Below, piece after piece: positions 1-9,396 of a stretch of DNA of 64,000 bases (positions within the stretch are counted from its first letter, which is position 1; every line of letters starts with the position of its first letter). The stretch comes from Candidatus Krumholzibacteriota bacterium (lineage in GTDB: Bacteria > Krumholzibacteriota > Krumholzibacteriia > JAJRXK01): NCBI GenBank assembly GCA_963764625.1, contig CAVXTH010000004.1, forward strand, positions 12,895 to 76,894, read 5' to 3'. The translations under genes were made by a program, and so were the position numbers. The notes under the pieces are model-generated. The model worked only from the letters and a program-made list of their open reading frames with translations, was not told where the DNA came from and ran no database searches.

Positions 1-747
1 AACTCGCATGCCCGGGCCAGCGAGCGCCGCTTCACCTACACCTACGGCTCGAGCGTTGCGAGCCCCGGTTCGATCGAGTTCGAGCCCTGGACTACCTTTC
101 GCAGCGGCCGCGACGGCTTCTACAATCGCTTCGACCACCGTTTCGAGTTCGAGCTGGGCCTCACCGATCGCCTGCAGACCGCCTGGTACTTCAACTTCTC
201 CTCGATCACCCAGGACGAGGGGGATCAGCGCGTCTCGGAGTTCGAGTGGTCCGGCATCTCCTGGGAATGGAAGTATAAGCTGCTCGATCCGGTGGCCGAC
301 CCCGTGGGGATGGGTCTGTATCTGGAGCCTCGTCTTTCCACCGGTGAGGCCGAGCTCGAGACCAAGCTCATTGTGGACAAGCGCGTCGGCAACACCTACG
401 GCGCCTTCAACGCCACGGTCGAACACGAATGGAATTTCGAGCAGCAGGACGAAACCGAGCGCGAAGTGAGTCTTGAATTCAACCTGGGCCTGGCCTACTT
501 CCTCGGCTCCTCTCTCTCGGCCGGCCTCGAGGTGCGCAACCACAACCAGTTCCCCGGAGGTGAGGGACTGGAATACTCCGCCCTCTTCGCGGGCCCAGTG
601 ATCAGCTACGCCACCAGCACTTGGTGGGCAACCCTTACCCTCATGCCCCAACTTCCCGCGCTGAAGAAAAAGGACTCCGGCGGCTCGCTCATCCTCGACG
701 AGCACGAGCGGTACAACGCGCGTCTGATTTTCGGGATAGATCTATGA
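1..747 (+). CDS. Outer-membrane beta-barrel protein, DUF6662-like (5' partial)
   Basis: Frame 1 is open from base 1 (ERRFTYTYGS...EFEPWTT...FELGLTDRLQTAWYFN) into the 292..747 ORF; amphipathic strands, ends RLIFGIDL. Confidence 0.7.
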   Translation, partial: NSHARASERRFTYTYGSSVASPGSIEFEPWTTFRSGRDGFYNRFDHRFEFELGLTDRLQTAWYFNFSSITQDEGDQRVSEFEWSGISWEWKYKLLDPVADPVGMGLYLEPRLSTGEAELETKLIVDKRVGNTYGAFNATVEHEWNFEQQDETEREVSLEFNLGLAYFLGSSLSAGLEVRNHNQFPGGEGLEYSALFAGPVISYATSTWWATLTLMPQLPALKKKDSGGSLILDEHERYNARLIFGIDL

Positions 748-1094
748 GTGGACGAGAAGCGATGCAGCTACGTGTTTTCCTCTTCAGCGTCCTTTTAATC
801 GTCACCGCGGGCTGCGCGACGACCATCATCCAACCGACGCAGGAAGATCTACGCTGGGCCCAGTCCCACTGGCCTGCCGTCACGCTTCAGGATCTTCAAG
901 ACGGCCGGAGCCTCTATGTGCAGAAGTGCGCCAGCTGTCATCACCTGCGTCAGCCCGCCAAGTACGAGCCCGAACGTTGGCCGCAGCTCGTGGCAAAAAT
1001 GCGGCCGAACGCGAAGATCGACGAAGCCCAGGCGGAGCTGCTCGTACGATACTTGAGTACCGCGAGCGAACGGCTTCGGAGCCAGGGGGAATGA
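744..1094 (+). CDS. Monoheme cytochrome c lipoprotein
   Basis: ATGA overlap with upstream stop; lipobox-like VTAG-C; CASCH heme motif; W..LV.KM segment supplies a possible Met ligand. Confidence 0.8.
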   Translation: MSGREAMQLRVFLFSVLLIVTAGCATTIIQPTQEDLRWAQSHWPAVTLQDLQDGRSLYVQKCASCHHLRQPAKYEPERWPQLVAKMRPNAKIDEAQAELLVRYLSTASERLRSQGE

Positions 1095-1187
1095 ACTGAG
1101 GAAAATCCTAGCTTTCTCTCCACATTTGTGGCCGTCGTGTTTCTTGGGTTCGATTCCGTAGGTTTCTAACCTGTCTTGCTCCTTCCC

Positions 1188-1389
1188 TGTCCCCACCATA
1201 AAGTCCATCCGCATTGCCTAATTTCGATCCCGCCGTTCCGTGATTTTGGAGTATGTCGCGCTGCGCCATCAGCTACATGTCCTCGGCCGCCACGAACAAC
1301 GCCCCGTGGTCGGAGGGCTCCATCACCGCTACTCTCGAAAGGCCGCGTAGCCGTGGATTCGATGCCGGATCGAATTAATGGAAGGGACA
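1188..1389 (+). mobile_element. MITE-like internally deleted integrase/transposase element, copy A
   Basis: Imperfect terminal inverted repeats CTGTCCCCACCATAAAGTCCATCCG / CGGATCGAATTAATGGAAGGGACAG (20/25); interior reads FRSRRSVILEYVALRHQLHVLGR joined to PVVGGLHHRYSRKAA*. Confidence 0.75.
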
Positions 1390-1469
1390 GAGGGGAACAC
1401 TTGTGACTCTGAATTGACACCGTGACGCGAGCTAATGCACTCTCTCTGAACTGACCGGAGGGAGTCGAC

Positions 1470-1736
1470 ATGAGAGTTTTTCTCAGCGTATTCGCGGCTG
1501 TGTTCATCGCTGAACTGGGCGACAAGACCCAGCTGGCCACCATGCTCTTCGCGGCCGACAAGAGTGTGAACAAGTTCGTCGTTTTTCTCGGTGCCTCCTT
1601 GGCACTCGTTCTCGCGTCGGCTATCGGAGTACTCGCGGGCGGAGTTCTCTCGAACTACGTGAGCGAACGGCACTTACATCTGGTCGCAGGACTGGGCTTC
1701 ATTGGCATCGGTCTCTGGATGCTCGTGCGGGCGTGA
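1470..1736 (+). CDS. TMEM165/GDT1 (UPF0016) family Mn2+/Ca2+ transporter, single-repeat form
   Basis: AELGDKTQ signature, 3 TM segments, GGAG RBS. Confidence 0.9.
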   Translation: MRVFLSVFAAVFIAELGDKTQLATMLFAADKSVNKFVVFLGASLALVLASAIGVLAGGVLSNYVSERHLHLVAGLGFIGIGLWMLVRA

Positions 1737-1994
1737 TAGGGGCTGTATTGGTCCACCGAATTCAATGCTCACTTTCTCGCTCAGAATCACCAGCGGGCGC
1801 GAACTTATCAACGAAGGTACTTGAGACATTCCACGGAGAGTAACGAAAGGGCTCATCTGAAATGTGGCGAAATCGCGTGGCGGCGTCTCAGAGTCTCGGT
1901 GTCTCTGCATCGGAACGGGAAAAACTTAACGCGCCCAGGATATTATGGGGTCACGCGCAGGCCGCCTTCGCATAGATGGTCACGATTGGCTCCG

Positions 1995-3050
1995 TCAGAA
2001 ACTGTAGCCAGCCGCCCCGGATGACCGCGTGGTGTCTGCCTCCATGCGCGCCCGCCGCAGCCGTCTCCATGCGCTCGGCGACACGCCGACCATCCGCTTG
2101 AACGCCCTCGAGAACGCTGCCTCGTTCTTGTAGCCTACGTCGAATGCGATCTCGATTACTTTCGCATCAGTATCACGCAGCCGCACGGAGGCCAGTTGCA
2201 TCCTCCATTGGGTCAAGTATTGCATCGGGGGTTGCCCGATAAAGTGAACGAAATGCTCGTGCAGCGTCGAGCGCGAAACTGCCGCCTCCTCGCCCAGTCG
2301 CTGGACTGTCCATGGTTCTGCGGGTCGATCGTGCATGAGCGCAAGTACGCGCCCGATGGCCTCGTCACGGAGTCCCGCCAGCCAGCTCGGCTGGCCCTGT
2401 GGCAGTGCATCTGCGTATCGGCGCACCACTTCTACAAAGAGCATTTCGCTCATACGCTCGAGGACGGCCTCTCCGCCCGGTCGTTTGCGGCTCGACTCCT
2501 CGACCACAGATCGCAGGAAGTTCGCAACCCACGAGCTGGAATCGGTGGCGATTCCCGGCATGCGCAACACTCTTGGCATCGACGCGAGAAGTGGGTTGAA
2601 GGGCCTCGCGTCGCAGCCCAAAAAGCCGCAGACCACGGTCGTCTTCTGGCCACCACCCCCATCGAGCTGAGCAACGGCAGCGCTTTCACCGGAAACATTG
2701 AGGCAGTATGGCAATTGTGGAGGGCGAGGCGCGAACTGTAGCCCGGCATCCTGGATGGTCGCCCGCAATCCCGGTGCGCTCGACATGACGTGGGCATCGC
2801 CGTGTGGAAACAGTACGACGTCGCCCTCATGCAGACGAATCGGCTCGCCGCCAATGATTGTCGCCCAACACGATCCGCTGGCGATCCCGTGGAACTCCAT
2901 CATGTGCTCGACGCCGGGCATGATTCGGGGAATGAGGTCCCGCGAATGGGAGGTTTCGACGACCCAGGGGTCGGATCCCTTGATGTAAAAGAAGAACGCG
3001 CCTCGCAGCCGAACAGCACGTAGTAAGTCGGAAAGAATATCGCGGCTCAC
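1995..3050 (-). CDS. AraC family transcriptional regulator with cupin N-terminal domain
   Basis: DILSDLLRAVRLRG start; C-terminal YLTQWRMQLA...VGYKNEAAFSRAFKR; GAGGAG RBS before GTG at 3050. Confidence 0.92.
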   Translation of the reverse strand: MSRDILSDLLRAVRLRGAFFFYIKGSDPWVVETSHSRDLIPRIMPGVEHMMEFHGIASGSCWATIIGGEPIRLHEGDVVLFPHGDAHVMSSAPGLRATIQDAGLQFAPRPPQLPYCLNVSGESAAVAQLDGGGGQKTTVVCGFLGCDARPFNPLLASMPRVLRMPGIATDSSSWVANFLRSVVEESSRKRPGGEAVLERMSEMLFVEVVRRYADALPQGQPSWLAGLRDEAIGRVLALMHDRPAEPWTVQRLGEEAAVSRSTLHEHFVHFIGQPPMQYLTQWRMQLASVRLRDTDAKVIEIAFDVGYKNEAAFSRAFKRMVGVSPSAWRRLRRARMEADTTRSSGAAGYSF

Positions 3051-3266
3051 GTGCTCCTCACATGTCCGTCCCGACCGTTGGGGGATCACTTCCGGACGAA
3101 CAGCACAATTCTACCGACACTAGGCAGTGTGTCAAGCCAACCACTTGCGGCATCTTAGGTTTGGCGCGAAGGGGAGTGACCTGATTCGCCCTAGTGGTGA
3201 GGGAATGGGCGTCCCCTCACGCGGTGTGTGTCGAACAGCAGACGCCAAACCAGGAGGATTGGAGAA

Positions 3267-3692
3267 ATGGGTCAATCGAAAATTGAGCATCGGGCACGAC
3301 TCGGGTCCGGTTCTCGAAAGAACACGAAACGGTGGGCTTCTTCTCTCTTTCTGGCCGGGGTGATCGCTGCGCTGGTGGCGTGCGGAAGCGATTACGGTGG
3401 CGGCTACACGACTGCGCCTACCTCTGGAGGCAAGGAGCTCGACTCCGGCAATATCAGCCCGGGAGCCACCTACCAGCATCGCTTCGCAAGCGCAGGTTCG
3501 TTTCCCTACCACTGTATTTATCACGCTCCGATGACCGGAACCGTCGAGGTATCGACTGGTGCGGCCGACACGCTCGTAAACGTCAGTATCACAAGCAGCT
3601 CTGCCCCATTCCCGGCGGCCTCTGTCAAACCGGGCGGGAGGGTGGTCTGGACCAACAACACGAGCGTGGTGCACACCGTCACCAGCGACTGA
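3267..3692 (+). CDS. Cupredoxin (plastocyanin/amicyanin-like) lipoprotein, circularly permuted
   Basis: LVAC lipobox; YHCIYHAPM ligand loop precedes VVWTNN...HTVTSD. Confidence 0.8.
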   Translation: MGQSKIEHRARLGSGSRKNTKRWASSLFLAGVIAALVACGSDYGGGYTTAPTSGGKELDSGNISPGATYQHRFASAGSFPYHCIYHAPMTGTVEVSTGAADTLVNVSITSSSAPFPAASVKPGGRVVWTNNTSVVHTVTSD

Positions 3693-3694
3693 GC

Positions 3695-3805
3695 TGTCCT
3701 TACCACTAAGTCCATGCGGCGACCGAGAACCCGCAGCTGATGGCAAAGGGCGATGTTCTCCAAGATGAGCGAACGGCCGCATCGATGGAGTTTTTGGTAG
3801 GGACA
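3695..3805 (-). mobile_element. MITE-like element, copy B
   Basis: Ends CTGTCCTTACCACTAAGTCCAT and ATGGAGTTTTTGGTAGGGACAG; minus-strand interior RSLILENIALCHQLRVLGRR. Confidence 0.75.
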
Positions 3806-3847
3806 GCTCGGGCGAGTCTTGTGGATCCTATAGATGAAAGGAATCGC

Positions 3848-4810
3848 ATGAAACAATTTCACGTTTTCACCCTGGCAACTTTCTTCCTGCTACTGAGCTC
3901 GACTGCCTGGGCCAGCGTCCACTTGATGCAGATTGAGAGAGTAATCGCAGGAGTCGACGGAGACGCTTCGGCACAGGCGGTCCAATTACGCATGCGCTCT
4001 GCGTTCCAGAACCAAACCCAACTCGCACGTCTGGTTGCATACGATGCGGCTGGCCTGAACCCTGTCATACTTGTCGCGCCGAGCACTACCGTCCCCAACA
4101 GTTCCGCAGGAGACCGAATCCTGTTCTGCACCAGTGCCTTCGCGGCCGATACGGATCCACTGACGGCAACCGATTTTACGATGGTGCCAATTCCCTCCTC
4201 TTACCTTGCCGCAGGTAGCCTCACTTGGGAGAGCACCACGGGAAGCATCTACTGGCGACTGAGCTGGGGCGGGTCCTCTTACACCGGTAACACCACGGGA
4301 ACCACCTTCAACGATGTGGACGGTCAATTCGCTCCGGTCTACACTTCCGAGCTGCCTTCGGCGGGGACAAATGCACTGAGCTTCCTCGGAACCGCGACGG
4401 ACCTGAGCACCAACAACGCGAACGATTACGCACTCACTGCAGACAACGCCGATTTTATGAACAACGCCGGCACCGTCTTCACGGTGCAGTCGACAGCTAC
4501 CGCCGTAGAATCGTTACCTCGTCTGTCCACTGGGGTGGAAATGCAGCCGGCGTTTCCCAATCCTTTCAATCCGCGCACTAACGTGCGCTTCGAACTGGCC
4601 GAGGAGGGTCGCGTTTCCCTGCGGATTTATGGACTGGATGGGCGACTCGTAAACGTCCTGCTCGACGGAGTGCAACCACCGGGCACCCAGCTACGAAGCT
4701 GGACTGGCACGGATCTTCAGGGACGCAGCGTGGCATCCGGGGTATACCTCATTCAGCTCGAAGTCGGGGATGGATCGGCCGCGAGCCAGAGGGTGACCCT
4801 CGTGAAGTGA
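3848..4810 (+). CDS. Secreted protein with FlgD-Ig/T9SS-like C-terminal domain
   Basis: Signal peptide MKQFHVF...AWA; C-terminal FPNPFNPRT...GRLV...WTGTDLQGRSVASGVY...VTLVK. Confidence 0.85.
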   Translation: MKQFHVFTLATFFLLLSSTAWASVHLMQIERVIAGVDGDASAQAVQLRMRSAFQNQTQLARLVAYDAAGLNPVILVAPSTTVPNSSAGDRILFCTSAFAADTDPLTATDFTMVPIPSSYLAAGSLTWESTTGSIYWRLSWGGSSYTGNTTGTTFNDVDGQFAPVYTSELPSAGTNALSFLGTATDLSTNNANDYALTADNADFMNNAGTVFTVQSTATAVESLPRLSTGVEMQPAFPNPFNPRTNVRFELAEEGRVSLRIYGLDGRLVNVLLDGVQPPGTQLRSWTGTDLQGRSVASGVYLIQLEVGDGSAASQRVTLVK

Positions 4811-4958
4811 TCCAAAACAAGGGAGAGCGCCCGCAAGTTAAGGAGTAGCATGGCCTTCTTTCCTCTATCTCCCCGTTGTGTCTCGTGCATTCAATTCCCT
4901 AGGTTTTTAGCCCGCGATTTTCTTCTCCCCGAAACTCAATGCGACAAGGAGAGGTTCT

Positions 4959-5405
4959 ATGCAACTAAAACGAATGAACAACGCGGCCCTATCCCTGGCA
5001 GTGCTTCTTGCGGCGTGCGGAAGCGATAGCAGCCCGACCTCTTCCGACAATTCCGGTAACGCTCCGCGCACGATCAAAGCCGACCCGTCCTTCGTAAATG
5101 ACGTGTTCGAAATTCTCCAGCGGAGACAATGTACCAGTAGCGGCTGTCACGGAGGTGGCACCGGAGGTCTCACCATGACTTCAGCATCCGTCGCTTTCTC
5201 CAATCTCGTGAACCAACCGGCGGTAGGAAAGACCGGAGAGATTCGCGTCATTCCCGGAGACGCCGAAGGCAGTTACATGGTCAAGAAGCTGGAGGGTGCC
5301 GCCGGAATCGTGGGTGAGCAGATGCCCCGGGGGATGACGCCCTTGGATGACATTGACATGTCAAACATCAAGAATTGGATCAACCAGGGCGCCAAGGATA
5401 ACTGA
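4959..5405 (+). CDS. Cytochrome c-like lipoprotein (CX4CH motif)
   Basis: LAAC lipobox; CTSSGCH; GEQMP; IKNWINQGA tail. Confidence 0.75.
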   Translation: MQLKRMNNAALSLAVLLAACGSDSSPTSSDNSGNAPRTIKADPSFVNDVFEILQRRQCTSSGCHGGGTGGLTMTSASVAFSNLVNQPAVGKTGEIRVIPGDAEGSYMVKKLEGAAGIVGEQMPRGMTPLDDIDMSNIKNWINQGAKDN

Positions 5406-6013
5406 TGCGCAGTCTCTCCAAGCGACTCGGCTGCGCTTTCGGGCTGGGCCTGTTTTTTCTCTTGCGGCTTTCCCCCGCGCTCGCACGCGAATACGACGTC
5501 AATCTTCAGGCCAAGCGCGAGGTCCGCTTCCGCTCGACGACCAAAGTCAACGAATTCGATGGGATCACCGATCACATCGATGGTTACGTGCTTCTTCCCG
5601 ACTCCGCCCCGCCCCTAAACGAGAACGCCAAGGGTTCAGAGCTGCACTTCGAAGTTGATCTGGCCAGCCTGGATACCGGGATCGGACTTCGCAACCGTCA
5701 CATGCGCGACAACTACCTGGAAGTGAAAAAGTATCCCTACGCCACCTTCAGTGGTAGCATTAGCGAGGTCAAGACGGCAGGCGAGGATAGCCTCGGAGTG
5801 ATGACCAAGGGAACGATGCAGATTCACGGAGTGAAGAAGGACTTGAACATTCCGTGTACCGTGAGTTCCGAAGGTTCCGGGTACAGAGTGCACGGCGAGT
5901 TCATGGTGCTCCTCTCCGACTTCGACATCCCGATTCCGAAGATTATGTTTCTCCAGCTCGACAACGAGATCCACGTGCAGGTAAACTTCGAGGTACAGCC
6001 GATCAAGAACTAG
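5405..6013 (+). CDS. YceI family protein
   Basis: VDLASLDTGIGLRNRHMR...YP.ATF...GTMQIHGVKK motifs; signal peptide. Confidence 0.92.
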   Translation: MRSLSKRLGCAFGLGLFFLLRLSPALAREYDVNLQAKREVRFRSTTKVNEFDGITDHIDGYVLLPDSAPPLNENAKGSELHFEVDLASLDTGIGLRNRHMRDNYLEVKKYPYATFSGSISEVKTAGEDSLGVMTKGTMQIHGVKKDLNIPCTVSSEGSGYRVHGEFMVLLSDFDIPIPKIMFLQLDNEIHVQVNFEVQPIKN

Positions 6014-6027
6014 CAGGGAGGCGTTTC

Positions 6028-6888
6028 ATGAAGCTGCGAAGCACGCTCGCGGCAGTTCTCATTCTGAGCTTCATCCCCACCACGCTCTATGCCATGGAAC
6101 AGTCGGTCGGGTGGCATCGCAGGGAAGAAACCACGACTCCTCCCATCACGGTTTTTCACTCTCCTCAATCGGCCAACCTTCCCACGGCCCAGACCCTCTT
6201 CAAAGGCGAGTGGCAATTCGAAATCTCGCACCGTTTCCTGCCTCCCTTTTCGGCTGGAACGAATGCGCTATGGGGACTCGATGGGCCCATCTACAATCGT
6301 CTGGGTCTCTCCTATGCGCCCAGCGATGTAGTGATGCTCACCGCGCTCAGAAGCAATCTCGATGACAACCTGGAACTCGGCGCGAAGTGGCGCTTTCGCG
6401 AGGGTCACTTCAAGGCGGTGCCGTATCAATTTGCCGTCAAGGGTGGGCTCGCTTCGAATACCGCGACAAAACCGGCAGATGGCCCCGGGTACCGGAACAA
6501 GGAAGCACAGGCCTACGCCCAACTCATTCTCGATGCGCTTCTGGCCGACCGACTCGCCGTGGGCGTAGTGAGTTCGTATCTCAACAACGCGCGGATCGCC
6601 GACTCGAGGACCCTCAATGAAGTGACGGTGGGTCTCAACGCCCAACTGTACCTTGCCCGCATGTTCAGCGTGTTTACCGAGTGGAATGCTTCCAAGAGTT
6701 ACCCTGGGCTCGAGCACGACGCCCTCAGCTTTGGACTGGAGATCGAGACCGGCGGCCACTTCTTCAAGCTGATGGCCAGCAATAGCGACCGTCCGAATCC
6801 CACCCAGTTCCTCGGGGGAACCCCCGTTGCCTTCACCCCTCACGAGTGGCGCTTCGGATTCAACCTGACCCGGATCTTGCGGTTCTGA
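6028..6888 (+). CDS. DUF5777-like outer-membrane beta-barrel protein
   Basis: FEISHRF, LWGLDG, GLEIETGGHFFKL, FGFNLTR motifs; terminal Phe; GGGAGG RBS. Confidence 0.85.
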   Translation: MKLRSTLAAVLILSFIPTTLYAMEQSVGWHRREETTTPPITVFHSPQSANLPTAQTLFKGEWQFEISHRFLPPFSAGTNALWGLDGPIYNRLGLSYAPSDVVMLTALRSNLDDNLELGAKWRFREGHFKAVPYQFAVKGGLASNTATKPADGPGYRNKEAQAYAQLILDALLADRLAVGVVSSYLNNARIADSRTLNEVTVGLNAQLYLARMFSVFTEWNASKSYPGLEHDALSFGLEIETGGHFFKLMASNSDRPNPTQFLGGTPVAFTPHEWRFGFNLTRILRF

Positions 6889-6900
6889 GCTCTGGGAATC

Positions 6901-7500
6901 ATGGGTGACTCTAACGAACCACTTCATTTCGCCGATCCCGCATTCGTGAAGAAACTGCGAGCTGGAGACTCCGCCGCTCTGGAGAATGTCGTCCACGCCT
7001 ACTTGCCGCAAATTTTGCGTGCCGCGCGCGGTGCGGGTCTGGATCGTGAGCAGGCCGAGGACGTGACCCAGTCAGTCTTTCTGACCTTCGTGGAGAGTAT
7101 TGGCCGCTTCGAGGGGCGCTCGCACGTCCGCACCTGGCTATTCGGCATTCTCTATCGGAAGATCTCGGCGGGCTGGCGCGCGAAGCGTCGAGAGATCGGG
7201 CTCGACGACATCGATGGAATCGTGGAATCGCGCTTTGCTCCCGATGGCAGCTGGCTTCGTCCCCCTCGTGAGGCCGACCGGGAGACTCTGGATGCCGAAA
7301 TTCGCGCGAATCTGGCGGAATGCCTCGAGGGGGTGCCTGAGCGGCAGAGAATGGCCTTCGTGCTACGGGAAATCGAGGCCATGCCCACGACGGAAATCTG
7401 TAATGTAATGAGTGTGACGGACACTAACTTGGGAGTCCTTCTCTACAGGGTCCGCAACCGCTTGCGAGAGTGCCTCGAAAAGCGGAGCATCAGGGGGTGA
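6901..7500 (+). CDS. ECF RNA polymerase sigma-70 factor
   Basis: AEDVTQ..FEGRSHVRTWLFGIL region 2; LREIEAM..EIC..NLGVLLYRVRNRLRECL region 4. Confidence 0.93.
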   Translation: MGDSNEPLHFADPAFVKKLRAGDSAALENVVHAYLPQILRAARGAGLDREQAEDVTQSVFLTFVESIGRFEGRSHVRTWLFGILYRKISAGWRAKRREIGLDDIDGIVESRFAPDGSWLRPPREADRETLDAEIRANLAECLEGVPERQRMAFVLREIEAMPTTEICNVMSVTDTNLGVLLYRVRNRLRECLEKRSIRG

Positions 7501-7507
7501 GCGCGAG

Positions 7508-7798
7508 ATGCTGAAATGCCGTGAAGTCACCCGAATGGTGGCTGCCGACGCGATCGGTCGCGCGGGAATCCTCCGTCGACTCGAGCTTCGCCTGCACCTC
7601 ATGATGTGCCATCGGTGCAGAGCCTACGTCAGGGAGATTGGCCTTATAGGGAACGTCGCCCGTCACCTTTGGGGAAGTGAAGCGGAAGACGTCGAGAGCG
7701 CGGCGAGTGTTGAGCAACGCGTCCTGCAGGCGATTCGCGGAGCTGCGCCAACCGACTCATCCCCTGAAGTTGATCCGGAGATCCCGCCGACCGACTGA
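7508..7798 (+). CDS. Zinc-finger (zf-HC2) anti-sigma factor
   Basis: MLKCREV...HLMMCHRC motif immediately after the ECF sigma. Confidence 0.85.
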   Translation: MLKCREVTRMVAADAIGRAGILRRLELRLHLMMCHRCRAYVREIGLIGNVARHLWGSEAEDVESAASVEQRVLQAIRGAAPTDSSPEVDPEIPPTD

Positions 7799-7811
7799 AC
7801 CGCGCTTCCGT

Positions 7812-8471
7812 TCAATTCGCTGTTTGCCAGAGTGAGTTCGAGGAAGGCCCGAGCCACTTTCGACTCAGTGACCCCAGGATCAGTCCAAAGGCAAGGTGCG
7901 CCAGCACGACCGTCAGCGGCATGGCGGGCATCTTCGCTCCCATGAAGCCGATTCCCAACGCCTGCACCGCGGGACTCAAGAGGAACCCCAGGCCGATGAG
8001 CTGCGCGTAGATGATAGCCCAGAGAATGGGCTTTCTTCCCACCAGTACGGTGAAAATAAGTCCGAAGCTGACCCCGTTCCAGAAGTGGTACGCATATCCG
8101 AGGGTATCCGACCATGGTGACGGACCGAGCATGAAGCGATTCGTCAATAGAACACCGAGAAGACGCGGCATGTCGCCGGGCATTCCCCCCAAATGGAAGC
8201 TTACATTGCGTATGGCCTCCAGTCCGAGAGTCGCGACGAATCCCACGGCCGCTCCGGTCAAAGCTCTGTGAACCAACTCCCGCCGTCCCCGCACCGCCGC
8301 AATCACGATCACTGCGATGAGCAAAACGATGGAGGGCAAGAGCACTTTCATACCGAGCACGGACATCTTGGCCAGCCCAGTCTGTGCTGCGGGAAAGAGA
8401 TTGGGCGAGACGCCGGCGAAGATCACCAGCAACCCACCCAGAATGGTTCGCTCGTTCAAGAGGTGTCGCAT
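7812..8471 (-). CDS. Multi-pass membrane protein (unknown function)
   Basis: About 6 hydrophobic segments with His residues (YHFWNG, AHLAFG); AAGGAG RBS before ATG at 8471. Confidence 0.75.
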   Translation of the reverse strand: MRHLLNERTILGGLLVIFAGVSPNLFPAAQTGLAKMSVLGMKVLLPSIVLLIAVIVIAAVRGRRELVHRALTGAAVGFVATLGLEAIRNVSFHLGGMPGDMPRLLGVLLTNRFMLGPSPWSDTLGYAYHFWNGVSFGLIFTVLVGRKPILWAIIYAQLIGLGFLLSPAVQALGIGFMGAKMPAMPLTVVLAHLAFGLILGSLSRKWLGPSSNSLWQTAN

Positions 8472-8555
8472 GGATCTGCTCCTTGAAATGGGTTTCATCC
8501 TCGGGGCCTCGGACACTCGAGTCTTTTGAACTCGCTCCGATGCAACCGCCATTTC

Positions 8556-8586
8556 GTGAGTGATCCCAAGAGAACGATTCTTACAC
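8556..8586 (-). promoter_or_regulatory. Putative ECF-sigma promoter GTGTAAGAA-N15-CACTCAC
   Basis: Identical boxes and spacing to the plus-strand copy at 8652-8682. Confidence 0.65.
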
Positions 8587-8651
8587 TCTGAATGAACAGA
8601 GGTAAGGGAGTATCGAATCCTCTACGAAATCAGACGCAGCTTGGAATTTCT

Positions 8652-8682
8652 GTGTAAGAACCTACGCACCGTGCGCACTCAC
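8652..8682 (+). promoter_or_regulatory. Putative ECF-sigma promoter GTGTAAGAA-N15-CACTCAC
   Basis: Divergent twin of 8556-8586, about 65 nt upstream of the DUF302 gene. Confidence 0.65.
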
Positions 8683-8746
8683 TGGTCGTGAGCGCGGCGT
8701 TCCAGAGGGGGCGCCCGGATCAAGTACTCTGAGAAAGGCGTAGATC

Positions 8747-9229
8747 ATGAAGACAAAGAAGAATCCTCTTTTAATGACGGGGCTGTTGAGCCTTGTCCTC
8801 TTGCTGCTGCCCTTGGCGGGGTATGCGAGCTCCAATACCTCGACCACCACCGTCAGTCAGACGATTGTCAAGGGTTCGGTCGAGCAGACGCTCGACGCCC
8901 TTCACAAGCTCGTCGCCGACAACGGAATGATGGTCATGGGAGAGTTGCACCAGGGAAAGGTGCTCACGATGACGGGCCTGAAGGTGAAGTCCGAGTCGGT
9001 GTTCTTGGGCAACCCGAACGTGGGCAAGAAACTGTTCACGATCGAGCCCGGCGCCGGTGTGGCGTTGCCTGTCCGTGTCAACATCTTCGAAAACTCAGAG
9101 GGCAAGACCGTGGTGGCCTACATCCCTCCTTCCCAGCTACTCGCCAGTTTCGACAATCCAATGTTGGAGAAAGCGGCGGGAATGCTCGACGAAAAACTGT
9201 CGGGACTCGTAGGGATGCTGGACAAGTAA
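8747..9229 (+). CDS. DUF302 domain protein, exported
   Basis: FLGNP..GKKLF..PGAGVALPVRVNIFE..G.TVVAY.PPS pattern; signal peptide. Confidence 0.85.
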   Translation: MKTKKNPLLMTGLLSLVLLLLPLAGYASSNTSTTTVSQTIVKGSVEQTLDALHKLVADNGMMVMGELHQGKVLTMTGLKVKSESVFLGNPNVGKKLFTIEPGAGVALPVRVNIFENSEGKTVVAYIPPSQLLASFDNPMLEKAAGMLDEKLSGLVGMLDK

Positions 9230-9293
9230 TCGAACGGATCCCCGTCTTCGGGCGTACACGTCCCATGGCATACACTCAATCGCTGGAGAGCCA

Positions 9294-9323
9294 AACCGGG
9301 GCGATCGCAAGACCGCCCCGGTT
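9294..9323 (+). terminator. GC-rich hairpin after the DUF302 gene (probable terminator)
   Basis: AACCGGGGCG-ATC-GCAA-GAC-CGCCCCGGTT stem with GNRA loop. Confidence 0.5.
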
Positions 9324-9396
9324 GTCTGTACCGTCCCAGCTTACCGTCTTTTGACCCGCCGGCTGGAACATCGTAGCGAATCAGCGTGCCGGGATT

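Noticed and set aside
1115-1170. GGTTCGATTCC resembling a tRNA T-loop
   Set aside because: The T, anticodon and acceptor stems do not pair; no cloverleaf.
1320-1469. yybP-ykoY Mn riboswitch expected upstream of the TMEM165/GDT1 gene
   Set aside because: No convincing consensus seen; much of the leader is explained by mini-element A.
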